Positions 63,445 to 64,000 of a stretch of 64,000 nt of DNA are shown here, one piece after another. The stretch covers positions 96,001 to 160,000 of the forward strand of contig OZ223514.1 of assembly GCA_965140785.1 (NCBI GenBank). The letters run 5' to 3'. Numbering within the stretch: the stretch's first letter is position 1; each line of letters starts with the position of its first letter. The notes below the pieces were generated by a model. It had not been told where the DNA came from, made no database searches, and saw only the letters and a program-made list of their open reading frames with translations. Origin of the DNA: an uncultured Ruficoccus sp. (GTDB lineage: Bacteria > Verrucomicrobiota > Verrucomicrobiia > Opitutales > Cerasicoccaceae). The position numbers and the translations under genes are program-made.

Positions 63445-64000
63445 TCAACGGCTGACGACGTTTTGCGGTTCGCCCTGGAGGAAGGCGCTCAGGTTGTCGG
63501 CGGTGACGCGCAGCAGCCGCATGCGGCTCGGCTCGCTGGCCCAGGCCAAGTGCGGGGTGATAAAAGCGTTGTCGGGCGATTGGAGGGGATTGTCCGCCTG
63601 CATCGGCTCGTGGGAGACCACATCCATGGCTGCGGCGGCGAGGGGGCCGGTCTTGAGCGCGCCGGCCAGGTCGGCTTCGTTGACGAGGGTGCCGCGGGCG
63701 GTGTTGACCAGAAAGCTCCCGGGCTTCATACGGGCGAGCAGGCCGGCGTTGACAAAGCCGGCGTTGTCCGGCGTCTGTGGGCAGTGCAGTGAGACAATGT
63801 CGGCCTGTTCGAAGACCTCTTCGACCGATCCGGCCCAGGAAAATTCCGGCCATTCCAGGCCGTTGCGCCGGCTCGGCGTGTACACCAGGAAACGGCAGCC
63901 GAAGGGGCGGAGGCGCTCGGCGGCGGCCTTTCCGATTTCCCCCAGGCCGACGAGGCCCACGGTCAGGTTCGTCAGCTCCCGTGGGGCCTGTAGCCAGTAG
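63445..64000 (-). CDS. D-2-hydroxyacid dehydrogenase (glycerate dehydrogenase-like), 5' part outside the window
   Basis: GLGEIG, SLHCP, VNTARG, DV...EP, TPHLAW. Confidence 0.9.
   Translation of the reverse strand, partial: YWLQAPRELTNLTVGLVGLGEIGKAAAERLRPFGCRFLVYTPSRRNGLEWPEFSWAGSVEEVFEQADIVSLHCPQTPDNAGFVNAGLLARMKPGSFLVNTARGTLVNEADLAGALKTGPLAAAAMDVVSHEPMQADNPLQSPDNAFITPHLAWASEPSRMRLLRVTADNLSAFLQGEPQNVVSR

Overview
High-GC bacterial chromosomal window, inferred to be Verrucomicrobiota (Opitutales-like) from a VPEP-type PEP-CTERM protein, split metH, multi-ATP-cone NrdA and GluRS lacking the Zn subdomain. Housekeeping genes (nrdA, metH, rsmG, gltX, purH, pal-like, tRNA-Lys) are interspersed with accessory loci. 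The most striking locus is an intact, tightly coupled ~12.8 kb operon (28119-40938) resembling xanthomonadin/aryl-polyene clusters: chorismatase, flavin-dependent halogenase-like protein, VTT protein, ACP, ketosynthase plus chain-length factor, two acyltransferases, two dehydratases, GT2, LolA-like carrier, MMPL exporter and AMP-ligase, but no ketoreductase. Other notable items: a highly structured ~210-nt nrdA leader downstream of tandem NrdR boxes, a 330-bp internally deleted IS1016-like element, a permuted SpoIVB-like peptidase paired with a beta-propeller protein, an HTH_34 operon with tandem palindromic operators, a phosphatase-lipid kinase fusion near a GOLPH3-like gene, and an AraC-linked GH95/oxidoreductase sugar locus. 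At least ten genes, including normally conserved ones such as purH and rsmG, carry single-base frameshifts, most likely long-read consensus errors. All family calls come from motif recognition by eye; no searches were run.
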